Below, piece after piece: positions 35,478 to 45,327 of a stretch of DNA of 51,560 bases. A program made the translations under genes and the position numbers. The stretch is from a virus (lineage: Duplodnaviria; Caudoviricetes): positions 1-51,560 of IMG/VR virus record IMGVR_UViG_3300050119_000364; one strand, 5' to 3'. Position 1 is the stretch's first letter. Every line of letters starts with the position of its first letter. The notes beneath the pieces are model-generated. The model searched no databases. It was given only the letters and a program-made list of their open reading frames with translations, and was not told the DNA's origin.

Positions 35478-36482
35478 ATGGCAGCAAAAGGCATAGGGCG
35501 ACGGTTCAGTATCGGCATCGCGAAAGAAGTGACCCGCGGCACCGCTATATCGTCCGCCAACCATTGGCTTCCCTTCAGTGATGCATCTCTCGATGAAAAG
35601 TACGAGAACGTCACGCAGGACGAGGCATTCGGCATCATCGAAGATTCCGTAGGCCAATTCCGCACGAAGAACTGGGCCGAAGGTAAGCTCTCGGTTCCCG
35701 TCACGGACCTCAGCCTCCCGCTCATCATGTACGCCATGTTCGGAGCGAGCGCAGACAGCACGCACTCCGGTGAAACGACCGTCTACGACCACAAGGCAAC
35801 GGTCGCCGAATCGGCGCAGCATCAGTCACTCACGCTCTTCATCCACGATCCGCTTTCGGGCGTCGATTACTCCCACGCGCTGGGTGTCATCCACAAGATG
35901 GACCTCGACGTGGAGCTCAAGAAGTTCGCGGAGCTTTCTCTCTCCGTAAAGGCGCAAAAAGGCGCCTCCCAGTCCTCCTTCAGCCCTTCAATCGCTGCGG
36001 AGAACCGCTTCCTCCCGCAGTACATGACGTTCAAGTATGCGACCTCGGTCTCCGGACTCTCCGGCGCGACCGCGATTGCGCTCAAATCGGCCAAGCTCTC
36101 CATCAACGCGAATATCGAAGATGACGACGTGCTCGGCAGTATCGCCCCGATCGACTACCTCAACAAGGAATTCGCGGTCACGGGGCAGCTTGAGGCCATC
36201 TGGCAGAACGAGGCCGACTTCAAAACGGTCGCGCTCGCCACGCCGAACGTGCCGCAGGCGCTCTCGATCGTGTTGCAGAACACGGATGTCAGTATCGGCG
36301 TCGTACCGTCGCATCCGACCGTGAACATCACGCTCGATCAGGTCTACTTCACGGACATCTCTCGGCCGATCAAGGTCAAAGATCTCGTATACCAAACCAT
36401 TAAGTGGAAGGGTACGTATTCTACGGCCAACAGTGAGATGTTGAATATCGTGACCACAAACACCGCCGCGACGAGCGCGTAG
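35478..36482 (+). CDS. Major tail tube protein
   Basis: GIAKEVTRGT N-terminus, size and position. Confidence 0.85.
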   Translation: MAAKGIGRRFSIGIAKEVTRGTAISSANHWLPFSDASLDEKYENVTQDEAFGIIEDSVGQFRTKNWAEGKLSVPVTDLSLPLIMYAMFGASADSTHSGETTVYDHKATVAESAQHQSLTLFIHDPLSGVDYSHALGVIHKMDLDVELKKFAELSLSVKAQKGASQSSFSPSIAAENRFLPQYMTFKYATSVSGLSGATAIALKSAKLSINANIEDDDVLGSIAPIDYLNKEFAVTGQLEAIWQNEADFKTVALATPNVPQALSIVLQNTDVSIGVVPSHPTVNITLDQVYFTDISRPIKVKDLVYQTIKWKGTYSTANSEMLNIVTTNTAATSA

Positions 36483-36511
36483 GTCGAAAATCAACCAAAA
36501 TCCTCACCATA

Positions 36512-36814
36512 ATGTCAGAAAGCAAAACAAAAACAGTCACCACGCCTTCCGGCGTCGCAGTTGAATTGAAGGAGTACATCACCGCCGGCGAATTCCTCGA
36601 CCTTAACGAAGACAGCGAGAAAAACGGCCTTTCGAAGACCGCGCTCGCAACCAAAATCTCTGAAATCGCGATCATCTCTATCGATGGCGCGAAAGAGAAC
36701 ATCTCCGCAAAGCTCAGGGAACTCCCCATCGCTGATTACACATTCCTTCAGAGGGAAATTAAGAAGCTCATTGACGGGGATTTTACGGAGGCGAAGGATC
36801 AAGCTCAGAGCTGA
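36512..36814 (+). CDS. Tail assembly chaperone (gpG-like)
   Basis: Between tail tube and tape measure; slippery site near the 3' end. Confidence 0.8.
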   Translation: MSESKTKTVTTPSGVAVELKEYITAGEFLDLNEDSEKNGLSKTALATKISEIAIISIDGAKENISAKLRELPIADYTFLQREIKKLIDGDFTEAKDQAQS

Positions 36815-36999
36815 TCTGGCACGATTTCTTCGCTCTCGGGCGTGCTTACCTTCCGATTGAGCTTAAAGCCGTCCTCCTTTGTTCGCGCATGGGCTGGGAT
36901 TGGCAGCAATACCGATCCCAACCGCAATGGTTTGTCACGAATCTCTTGCGAATGTTTCAAAGCGAAGCGGAGGAGACGAACCGAAAGGCCAAGGGGTGA
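36778..36999 (+). CDS. -1 frameshift extension of the tail chaperone (gpGT-like)
   Basis: In-frame G GAT TTT at 36778-36784; -1 frame open to TGA 36999, encoding LCSRMGWDWQQYRSQPQWFV. Confidence 0.75.
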   Translation, partial: GFYGGEGSSSELIWHDFFALGRAYLPIELKAVLLCSRMGWDWQQYRSQPQWFVTNLLRMFQSEAEETNRKAKG

Positions 37000-37067
37000 T
37001 CCTTGCTTTTTCTTCGTAGCTATGGCTTAGTGAAGGCGTCGCAAGGTCGAAGAATCAATCATTTGCA

Positions 37068-37205
37068 ATGGAAACATTTCTTATTCTGCTCGTATTTGTA
37101 GGCGGCCCAATCGGGTTCGCCGCGTTGTTGGGGATTGCCGTACATAATCGCGCCAAGCAACGCAAAGCGGTCTACGATGCCGCACAAAAGTATCTCCAGT
37201 CCTAA
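37068..37205 (+). CDS. 45-aa single-TM moron between chaperone and tape measure
   Basis: METFLILLVFVGGPIGFAALLGIAVHNRAKQRKAVYDAAQKYLQS; AAGGTCG leader. Confidence 0.65.
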   Translation: METFLILLVFVGGPIGFAALLGIAVHNRAKQRKAVYDAAQKYLQS

Positions 37206-37211
37206 TCGTTC

Positions 37212-39014
37212 ATGGAATCCGACCTCGAAATCGTAATCTCTGCCATCGATGAGGCATCAGCTTCTTTTGATGAGGTGAGCGAATCCATGGCGCAGATGTC
37301 CGAAGCCGCAGAGGCATCGGCCGCCGCTACGGACGACTCATTCGAATCTGTTGGCCTCACGATCAATGAGGTTACCGGCGAGATTCAGAACGCGATGCTC
37401 TCCCAACAGCAGTCCGTCGACCTTCTCGCCGAGGTCATGCAGACCGACGTTGCGGAGATTCAGGAGCTTATCATCTCCGAAGGTATTTCGTTTCAGGAAG
37501 CCTCCGCCGTCATCGAGGAGGCCAATGCTGAAATTGCTGCGTCTTCGGAAGAAACAGCGACTACGTCTGCCGGCGGCTTCGCGGCGGTCGGCGCGGCCGC
37601 TGGCATCGCATTTTACGCGATAGAGAGCGCCGTGAGCGACGCGGTGGCGTCCGCCCAGCAGTGGGACGAGACCTCCGCGGTCATCTCGCAGGAACTCAAA
37701 AATATCGGCTCGTCCGTTCCCCTTTCGCAGGTTCAGGATTATGCGCAGCAGATCCAGTCCACGACACTGTTCAGCCAGCAGCAAGCACTTTCCTCCGAAG
37801 CGGTAGTCTTAGGGTTCCAGAATCTCGCGCCGAACTACGAGCAGCTGACAATCCTGTCCGCAGACCTCGCGACGAAGATGCAGCAGTTCACCGGATCGGC
37901 CACGGCGGATATGCCGAACGCGATGAAGATCCTCACGAATGCGCTCAACGACCCCGTCGCAGGATTGCAGCAGCTCCAACGACAAGCGGGCGTCGATATT
38001 CCCGCAGCGACTGTGACAATGATCAAGAATCTCGCCACGGTGGGCGATACTTCTCAGGCCGACGCCGTTATATTGCAGGCGCTCAATGCCCAAGTCGGAG
38101 GCTTGGCCCAGACGGCTGCGACTGCCGAGGGCGGACCGCTCACGCAACTTGAAAATCAACTCGTGGCAACCGGCACCACCATCGGCAATATTCTCTTGCC
38201 CGCGCTCGACGCTCTTGCCAAGGATTTAGAGCCCATCATCCAAGCCATCACCGCATGGGCGGAAGAGCACCCTAAACTCACCGAAGCGATTATCGCGGGC
38301 ACCTTGGCCTTCGTCGCTTTGGTGGCTGTGTTAGCAGTCGTCGGCATCGCTGTCGTCGCGATAGGCGCTGCATTTGGCGGTCTCGCGATCGCGATAGCCG
38401 CGGTTGTCGCAGTTATTGTTGGCGTTGTCGTTTCCAATTGGGATCTCATCGCAACCGATACCGCGACAATCTGGAACGGCATCGTTACGTTCTTCACGGC
38501 CACCTTCAACACGGTTAAAACTCTTTTTACTTCCTCACTCAATGAGGTCAGCGCCATTTGGCAATCCGCATGGACCGATATGGGCTCATTCCTCGGAAAC
38601 ATTTGGACCACCATCCAAAACACAGTGAAGACCGGGGTCGATTACGTCATCAGTGCAATCAACGCTTTCATCAATGCGCTCGACGCGCTCCACATTTCAA
38701 TACCCTCCATTGCCATCCCCGGCACCAAGCTAGGTACGCCCGCGGTAAATCTCGGCTTCAGTATTCCCAACATTCCCATGCTCGCGGATGGCGGCTTCGT
38801 GACGCAGCCGACCTTGGCGCTGATCGGTGAAGCCGGTCCGGAGGCTGTCGTACCGCTCTCCCAAATGGGCGGAGCCGCGGGTGGGGGCCAACAAATTGTG
38901 ATCAATATTAACGGCGGCATCTTCCCGGCAGACCAGTCCGCGATCAAGCAAATCGGCGACCTGTTGGCGAAATCGATCGTCACCCAGCTCAGAGTAAGGA
39001 ACTACGCCCCGTAA
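37212..39014 (+). CDS. Tape measure protein
   Basis: IVISAIDEAS start, Ala-rich helices, periodic W/F repeats, LADGGFVTQPTLALIGEAGPEAVVPL. Confidence 0.92.
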   Translation: MESDLEIVISAIDEASASFDEVSESMAQMSEAAEASAAATDDSFESVGLTINEVTGEIQNAMLSQQQSVDLLAEVMQTDVAEIQELIISEGISFQEASAVIEEANAEIAASSEETATTSAGGFAAVGAAAGIAFYAIESAVSDAVASAQQWDETSAVISQELKNIGSSVPLSQVQDYAQQIQSTTLFSQQQALSSEAVVLGFQNLAPNYEQLTILSADLATKMQQFTGSATADMPNAMKILTNALNDPVAGLQQLQRQAGVDIPAATVTMIKNLATVGDTSQADAVILQALNAQVGGLAQTAATAEGGPLTQLENQLVATGTTIGNILLPALDALAKDLEPIIQAITAWAEEHPKLTEAIIAGTLAFVALVAVLAVVGIAVVAIGAAFGGLAIAIAAVVAVIVGVVVSNWDLIATDTATIWNGIVTFFTATFNTVKTLFTSSLNEVSAIWQSAWTDMGSFLGNIWTTIQNTVKTGVDYVISAINAFINALDALHISIPSIAIPGTKLGTPAVNLGFSIPNIPMLADGGFVTQPTLALIGEAGPEAVVPLSQMGGAAGGGQQIVININGGIFPADQSAIKQIGDLLAKSIVTQLRVRNYAP

Positions 39015-39015
39015 G

Positions 39016-40527
39016 ATGGCGAATCCCGTGAAGATTCTCGACAACAGCACGGACATTTCAAAATCCGTCGATTGGAAATCGATCGACGCCGTGAGCGTGC
39101 TCACGAAGGAAACCGGAACGTTCACCTTCAACGTCCGTCAGGGTGTCGGCCAGACCTATCCCGCGAAAACTATCCCCGCGATCGGCGACACGATCGAACT
39201 CTACGATTCGACCGGACTCATCTGGGGCGGAACCTGTACCGAAGTGGAACCGATCATCTCGGGGCTCATGATCACGTGGCAGGTGACATGCACGGATTGG
39301 GGATTTTTACTCGACGGAACATTGGTCAAGAAGAACTACGCCGGGATGGACCCGGCCGACATCGTCGCCGACATTATCAATACGTTTTGTGCAGGCAAAG
39401 GATTTAACCTCGACGGCGTCCAGCGCGGCAACTTCCTCGTCGAGACCATCAAGTTCAATTATCAGCAGCCGTCGAAGGCGCTCCAATCGCTCGCGAAGCT
39501 CATCGGCTGGGACTGGTTCATAGGACCCGACAAGACGGTGTATTTCTTCTTGGGCGACGTGAACGACGGCGACGGCGGCGGTGCGGTAGGCGATGGAGGC
39601 GTCGCTCCGATCACCGTGGACGCGACCTCCGGCGAAGTCGAGTGGAACTCGCTCGACATCGATCTCCAGATTACGAACATGCAGAACAGCGTGTACGTGA
39701 TCGGCGGCACTTTGCCCGTCATGTTTACCGCGTCCACAACGAACGACGTGTACCCGACGAACGGGACGGCGAACACCTTCCCGGTCGCTTACGCATATAG
39801 CTCAAGCACGATCGTCGTCGAACTGAATGGCACGCCGCAGACGGTCGGCGTGCTGAACCAAGTGACCGACCCCTCCACGGTGCAGGTTCTTTATAGCGAC
39901 TCCGGACGGTTCATCCAGTTCACCGCCGGCGCTCCGTCAGGCGGCGGCGTCGTGAAGATCTTTGGCACGGCGCAAGTTCCGATCGTTGCTCACGCCTCAA
40001 ACAATGCGAGCATCGCTCTCTACGGCGAGCGGCAGGGCGTCATCACGGACTCCACGATTACCTCCGTCCCCGAGGCCCAGCTCCGCGCGACGGCGCAAAT
40101 CCTCCAGTTCGGCCACCCGGTCTACGATGTGAAATTCAACACGCTCATCGCCGGCTGCCAGATCGGGCAAACGATCAAGGTCAATGTCCCGGCCATGGGC
40201 ATCACGAACTACAACCTCGTGATCAAGCGCATCGAAGCCGTGGGCTATGCTCCCGGCGACGACGGGCTCAATATCAACGGAATGCTCGAATATCAGATCG
40301 AGTGCATCGGGTCGGACAATGTCACCTTCACTGACCTCATGACGACGATCCTTCAGCAGGAGCAGACCCAGACGGACGTCTCGGACGACACGATCACGGA
40401 AAATCTCGAATACGCGCCCGAAACACTCGTCCTCGCGGATACAGTGACTGCCACCGGAGCTTCGCGACCCTACGTCTACGGCCCGAGTTCTCCACAAGCG
40501 CGCTATGGCTTTGCGGTCTATTCGTAA
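39016..40527 (+). CDS. Tail tip/baseplate hub protein
   Basis: Follows tape measure; LAKLIGWDWFI and NSVYVIGG hub-like motifs. Confidence 0.7.
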   Translation: MANPVKILDNSTDISKSVDWKSIDAVSVLTKETGTFTFNVRQGVGQTYPAKTIPAIGDTIELYDSTGLIWGGTCTEVEPIISGLMITWQVTCTDWGFLLDGTLVKKNYAGMDPADIVADIINTFCAGKGFNLDGVQRGNFLVETIKFNYQQPSKALQSLAKLIGWDWFIGPDKTVYFFLGDVNDGDGGGAVGDGGVAPITVDATSGEVEWNSLDIDLQITNMQNSVYVIGGTLPVMFTASTTNDVYPTNGTANTFPVAYAYSSSTIVVELNGTPQTVGVLNQVTDPSTVQVLYSDSGRFIQFTAGAPSGGGVVKIFGTAQVPIVAHASNNASIALYGERQGVITDSTITSVPEAQLRATAQILQFGHPVYDVKFNTLIAGCQIGQTIKVNVPAMGITNYNLVIKRIEAVGYAPGDDGLNINGMLEYQIECIGSDNVTFTDLMTTILQQEQTQTDVSDDTITENLEYAPETLVLADTVTATGASRPYVYGPSSPQARYGFAVYS

Positions 40528-40557
40528 CCATAATTGAAGTAAATCCCGCACTACCCC

Positions 40558-41115
40558 ATGCAATCGTCCGACGGCCTGAATATCAAAGGCACCATCATCA
40601 TCCGCTCACACCCGGCGGGGACCATTCATTGCTACGAAACGCTCAAGTCCCTCGGCAAGCTCGATCTTGCCCGACAGCTCCTTGAAGACGGAAAGGAGGA
40701 AGTGAGACAGGAGAATCTGATCGTCGATTCGTCGAATTATGGGAGCGATATTCTCGTGCAGTACTTGATCAGCGGCTATACGGGCACCTTCAATTTTCCG
40801 CTTGGCATTGCATGGGGCGAGATCGGAACGGGTAACACTACGCCCGCGGCCGGCGATACCGCCCTTACGACCCCAACGAACCGCGCGGCCGTCTCCTACG
40901 CGGCCGACTTCGGATTTAACGCCGCGCAGCTCCAGTTCTTCTTTCCTGATGCGGTGCTTGCAAACGAGACCTACTACGAGTGCGGCTCGTTCATCGGCGG
41001 GGATTCCACGATCGGTTCAGGCAATATGTTCAACCACGCGCTGTTCGCTTCCGGCTATTCAAAGTCTGCTGGCGTTGATACGACTTTGGAAATCGATATA
41101 GCTATTTCCAACTGA
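40558..41115 (+). CDS. Tail-associated structural protein
   Basis: ENLIVD, IGTGNTTPAAGDTAL and MFNHALF motifs. Confidence 0.7.
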   Translation: MQSSDGLNIKGTIIIRSHPAGTIHCYETLKSLGKLDLARQLLEDGKEEVRQENLIVDSSNYGSDILVQYLISGYTGTFNFPLGIAWGEIGTGNTTPAAGDTALTTPTNRAAVSYAADFGFNAAQLQFFFPDAVLANETYYECGSFIGGDSTIGSGNMFNHALFASGYSKSAGVDTTLEIDIAISN

Positions 41116-41116
41116 C

Positions 41117-42853
41117 ATGAAATCCCGGCCAATCGGCACCGACCAGAACATCTTGGCTTCCCATCACAATGACCGGCGCGACGACGCGCGCGGCGGCGGA
41201 TTCCTTTTGGCGCATCAGCAGCTCGGCGCCCTTGCTCTCGGCACGGCGCCCACAAACGGACAGACCGTTTCCTTCGTCGTCAACGGCACGACGATCATGG
41301 CAAAGGCCGTCGCATCCGTCTCAGCCGCGAACGACATCTATAATCCCGGCACTGCGCTCGGCTTCGTCACGAATCTTCTGAATTGGCTTCGCCGTCCGGA
41401 TCTCACCACCTCGACCCAGGTAGCCGCATCCGCTGCGAATCAGACCCTCCTCTCCTATGTGGGCTGGGCTTGGCCCGGCTCATCCACAAGCATCGTCCCG
41501 TTCTCACTCAATAAGAACGTAAACGGAATTTCGGGAGGCCTCACGAGTTTCAATATCACGACAACTGTGACGGGCGGCTCATGGACCGCTCATACGATGC
41601 AGCTCTATGTTGAGGACGGGACGTATTTCATAGGCAATACCCGGTACCTCTTCACCGGAGGATCAACGCCGACCGTTACGGCACCGTCTTCCCATCCGCG
41701 CATCGACGTTCTCACCATCGACACCTCGGGCACGCTCACATGGACGACGGGAACGGAGGCATCTTCGCCGGTCACGCCTTCATACCCGAGCGGCAAGGTC
41801 CCCATTTGCGAGCTCTATAACGTCGTTTCGGAAACTGCGCTCTACGACAACGAGAACCAGCAGAACGGTGAGGGGTATATCTCGAACGATGTGCGGCCGG
41901 TCGTGAACCAACTCGGCGGCAGTGGCACGATTGACGGTGCGTGGTTCACCGACCTCGGGGGTATTCCCTCGGGCGCGGGGGTCATCCCGTCGGCGAACGT
42001 TCCCGCCAATTCTTACAATTCGCAGAGCTTCACGGCCGCCACTGCCGTCACGAAAGGGCAGGCGCTCATTATGGGGAACGGAACGAGCCGATACCTGAAC
42101 GCCAACCAGACAGGCAATGGCCAGAATTGGCAGCTGCTGAATGCCGGCAATCCATACCTCGGGCAGACGTTCACCACGTCAGCGAACCATAGAGCACTCT
42201 CACAGTTCACGATATGGGTCAACGATACCTTTGACCCCGGCGAGCAGATCACTTGGTGGATTTACGCGACAAGCGGGGGAACGCCCACGGGAAGTGCCCT
42301 CGCGACCGGCACGTTCAGCGCCCCTTATAACAATCCATCCGCCGTCACTGTGACGCCGAGCCCTACATTAGTGCTCTCTCCGAGCACCGTCTACGCGATC
42401 GTGCTCAAGGACACCGGCACGAGCCAAAATGCCACGTATATCTATGGGAATACGGGAGCGGGTCTCTCGGGAGGGTCGCTCATCTATTCGAGCAACGGCA
42501 CATCGTGGACTACCAATTCGGGAGAATCGCTCTACCTCGTCGAATACGAGGTCATCACCGTCGCGGGAGAAGTGCAACCGTCCGACACGACGCAGACGGT
42601 CTACTCGGGCGATGCATACGACCTCGCCGACAACTTCTGCGGCTTCGCCCTTGCGAACGCTGCTGCCAATGCGACGGTGGGCGTAAACTTCGGCCCCATC
42701 GATGCTGACCAGAGCGCCCTTACTGTGGGCGCCGAATACTACCTGTATGGGTCGGGCGGCGCGATCGGCACAAGCGCCGGAGCAGTCGCCGTGAAGGTAG
42801 GCGTCGCCATGTCCTCGACGCAGCTCCTTATTAAGTTCGAAAATCACCCGTAA
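41117..42853 (+). CDS. Tail fibre/receptor-binding protein
   Basis: APSSHPRIDVL; LGQTFT..ALATG..YAIVL beta-sandwich; C-terminal LTVGAEYYL..VGVAMSST. Confidence 0.7.
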   Translation: MKSRPIGTDQNILASHHNDRRDDARGGGFLLAHQQLGALALGTAPTNGQTVSFVVNGTTIMAKAVASVSAANDIYNPGTALGFVTNLLNWLRRPDLTTSTQVAASAANQTLLSYVGWAWPGSSTSIVPFSLNKNVNGISGGLTSFNITTTVTGGSWTAHTMQLYVEDGTYFIGNTRYLFTGGSTPTVTAPSSHPRIDVLTIDTSGTLTWTTGTEASSPVTPSYPSGKVPICELYNVVSETALYDNENQQNGEGYISNDVRPVVNQLGGSGTIDGAWFTDLGGIPSGAGVIPSANVPANSYNSQSFTAATAVTKGQALIMGNGTSRYLNANQTGNGQNWQLLNAGNPYLGQTFTTSANHRALSQFTIWVNDTFDPGEQITWWIYATSGGTPTGSALATGTFSAPYNNPSAVTVTPSPTLVLSPSTVYAIVLKDTGTSQNATYIYGNTGAGLSGGSLIYSSNGTSWTTNSGESLYLVEYEVITVAGEVQPSDTTQTVYSGDAYDLADNFCGFALANAAANATVGVNFGPIDADQSALTVGAEYYLYGSGGAIGTSAGAVAVKVGVAMSSTQLLIKFENHP

Positions 42854-42855
42854 CC

Positions 42856-43146
42856 ATGGCGCCCACGAAACACACCCGTCACCCATCCTCCCCGACCGAG
42901 CTTGACCTCGCCCAGCAGATCGCCGAGCTTCGCGGGATCACGATCAAAGGATTCGAGGCGGTCAACAATCACCTCGCCACCCTCAACGGCCGCGTGGGAA
43001 AGCACGACGACCTTTTCGGGAAGATACTCGGCGACGAGAAATTCCAAGCGGGAACGCGTCAGGGCTTCAGCGTATCCGCGAAAGTGTTCCTTGCGATCAT
43101 CACGATCACGATCGGCATCCTCGCCATCATCTTCGGGCCGCACTGA
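42856..43146 (+). CDS. Holin-like membrane protein
   Basis: Coiled coil LATLNGRV plus C-terminal TM; precedes the peptidase. Confidence 0.6.
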   Translation: MAPTKHTRHPSSPTELDLAQQIAELRGITIKGFEAVNNHLATLNGRVGKHDDLFGKILGDEKFQAGTRQGFSVSAKVFLAIITITIGILAIIFGPH

Positions 43147-43184
43147 TTATCCACACTTGCGGAAATCCGCCAATCACTCACACT
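43147..43184 (+). promoter_or_regulatory. Perfect DnaA box TTATCCACA plus promoter TTGCGG-N16-CACACT (leaderless)
   Basis: 7 nt between -10 and ATG 43192. Confidence 0.65.
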
Positions 43185-43191
43185 GAAAGCA

Positions 43192-44076
43192 ATGCCCAAG
43201 AACCTCGGCGCATTGGAACGCCCGAAAGATCCCCGCGATGTCCTCCTCGGGTCAGTTCAAGCGCCGGTCCAGATCCCCGCGACGTTCATTCCAAATGTCC
43301 AAGCGTGGCTCGTCCGCAACTATCAGGGCGAAACGCCGTTCTGCGGCGAACACGCCGGCGCGCACTTCAAGGCGATCCTCGACAACGTCGCATCCGGCGC
43401 GGTCGAGCGGAAATCTCCGCGCTACGGTGCGATCAAGCTGAAGTCCCCGTCGTCGCCCGTGTACGACGGCATTGCGATCGCCGATGGGACGACCATGACC
43501 GCTATTTTCAAATGGCTGGAGAAGGTCGGCGCTGACGACTATGAGCCGCTTGAGAATGACGTGACGCTGCCCCTTGCGACCTATTGCGAAGCCTCCGCCG
43601 TTACCCCCGCCATGGATGCCGATGCGGCCGCGTCCCTCATCGGTTCCTACGCATTCGGCGCGACCGACTTCGCATCGATCTGTCAGGCGATCTACCAAAA
43701 CAAAGCGGTCATTCTTCTCATCAAATGCGATGACGGCTTCTGGGGTACGGCGACGCCGACCTTCACCACTCCGACGTACGGCCACTTCGTCGTCGCCTAC
43801 GGATACGACGGGGCGGGAATTTATGTCGTGGACTCGGCCGACCCGCAGAACGAATTCGCGTTCAAGCACATCCTCGCGCATTACATAACCCCTACCTTCT
43901 TCTTCGAATCGGGCACCGCGATCGATCTTCCCCCGGCGGTGAAACAAGCGCTCACGACGAATACCGCCGTTCCCGCGAGCGTCACGAGCGCCCTTTCAAC
44001 CGGCCAGCTCTCGCTCGCCGAGCAAATTCTTAACGATATTGAGTCGGCACTCGCCCTGATCAAGCAGGAGCTCTAA
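43192..44076 (+). CDS. Papain-like cysteine peptidase, putative endolysin
   Basis: QGETPFC and GHFVVAYGYD..VVDS catalytic pattern; flanked by holin-like genes. Confidence 0.75.
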   Translation: MPKNLGALERPKDPRDVLLGSVQAPVQIPATFIPNVQAWLVRNYQGETPFCGEHAGAHFKAILDNVASGAVERKSPRYGAIKLKSPSSPVYDGIAIADGTTMTAIFKWLEKVGADDYEPLENDVTLPLATYCEASAVTPAMDADAAASLIGSYAFGATDFASICQAIYQNKAVILLIKCDDGFWGTATPTFTTPTYGHFVVAYGYDGAGIYVVDSADPQNEFAFKHILAHYITPTFFFESGTAIDLPPAVKQALTTNTAVPASVTSALSTGQLSLAEQILNDIESALALIKQEL

Positions 44077-44101
44077 AAGGTCGAAGAATCACTTCACCAC
44101 A

Positions 44102-44320
44102 ATGCTTACGAAACTCGCGGGATACAAGACGTACGCCCTCGGTACGCTTGGAATCCTTTACGCCGTCGGCGGTTTTTTCACCGGGCATCTTGACTCGCAA
44201 ACCGCCCTCGGCATCGTTTTCGCCGCGCTTACTGCGATGGGAATTCGGAACGGTATCACGACAGAAGTTCAGGCGCTCGCAGCCAAGCTCCCCGATAAGA
44301 CACTTCCGCCCCAGCAATAG
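44102..44320 (+). CDS. Holin (two TM)
   Basis: LAGYKTY N-terminus, two TM helices, GIR motif. Confidence 0.75.
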   Translation: MLTKLAGYKTYALGTLGILYAVGGFFTGHLDSQTALGIVFAALTAMGIRNGITTEVQALAAKLPDKTLPPQQ

Positions 44321-44443
44321 CCGAAATGAGGACCTGAGTGTCCTCTCCTGCTTCGCCGCGGCCAAACCAAGCGCTTTCGACCCGCTTGAAACCGCCGTAG
44401 CGGGGCAGGGCAGGGCACTTAAAGTCCTTTGGGATTTGAACTT

Positions 44444-44517
44444 CCAGCGCTATCAGGAAGCGTTCCTCGGTCTGGGAAGACCCGGCGCGCGCGATGGACA
44501 TTTCTTGATAGCGCTGG
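44444..44517. repeat. 16-bp inverted repeat (one G-T) with 42-nt spacer
   Basis: CCAGCGCTATCAGGAA / TTCTTGATAGCGCTGG. Confidence 0.75.
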
Positions 44518-44602
44518 GCGTTTGAAAAAGGAATTCTCCTCGACAGGATTCCCCTGCTAAACGGCACAAGCGCCCAAGCCCTTTCACAACAAGGAGAATT
44601 CA

Positions 44603-45319
44603 ATGGACCAGCTCATCGCCCATGCGGGAGCCAGTAAACTCTCGCGCGATCAACTTGTCACCATCCTTCCGCCGGAAGCGACGGACACCTTCAAACCAAT
44701 CAAACATGCCGATCTCGTGGACGAAGTCCATGAGGCATTGGCCCGGCGCCAGCTCTCCATCGTCCGGGACGAATACGCGGTCTCGGAAGACGGCATGAAG
44801 CTTTTCGGCGTCCTTGACCTCACGACCTCGGCGCAGGACTTCCGCTTCTCGATCGGCATCCGGAACGCGAACGACAAGTCCATGCGGTTCGGCATGGTCT
44901 CGGGCATCCGGGTATTCGTGTGCGACAACATGGCCTTCAACGGCGAGTTCTTCGCCATTCAGGCCAAGCACACGAAGAAGCTCCTCATCATGGACTCGAT
45001 CGCCTTGGGTATCGACCGCATCCAGCGGAACTTCAAACCTCTCACCGAACAGGTGGAGCGCTGGAAAGCGGATCAGCTTACGGACGACCGGGCGAAGGCG
45101 ATCATCTACGACGCTTTCATCGCCGGCAAACTCGAAGCCCCGAAGCACCTTGCGAAGCTCGTGGATCTTGCGTATTTCAAACCGCAGTATCCCGACTTCG
45201 AGCCGCGGAACGTGTGGTCGCTCCAAAACGCCTTCACGTCCGCCTTCAAGGTTCTCGAACCGATGCCCCAGTTCCGGGCGACGGCCAATCTCGGCGAGTT
45301 CTTCGCCGGGGTGAACTGA
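44603..45319 (+). CDS. DUF932-family protein
   Basis: IGIRNANDKS, RVFVCDNM, KHT and WSLQNAFT motifs; AAGGAG RBS; promoter TTGAAA-N16-CAGGAT at 44522. Confidence 0.85.
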   Translation: MDQLIAHAGASKLSRDQLVTILPPEATDTFKPIKHADLVDEVHEALARRQLSIVRDEYAVSEDGMKLFGVLDLTTSAQDFRFSIGIRNANDKSMRFGMVSGIRVFVCDNMAFNGEFFAIQAKHTKKLLIMDSIALGIDRIQRNFKPLTEQVERWKADQLTDDRAKAIIYDAFIAGKLEAPKHLAKLVDLAYFKPQYPDFEPRNVWSLQNAFTSAFKVLEPMPQFRATANLGEFFAGVN

Positions 45320-45327
45320 GGGCCGCC

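Noticed and set aside
36753-36759. GGGAAAT as the chaperone slippery site
   Set aside because: Not in the X XXY YYZ register, and the -1 frame hits TAA immediately
22994-42853. Diversity-generating retroelement acting on fibre genes
   Set aside because: No reverse transcriptase ORF and no template/variable repeat pair seen
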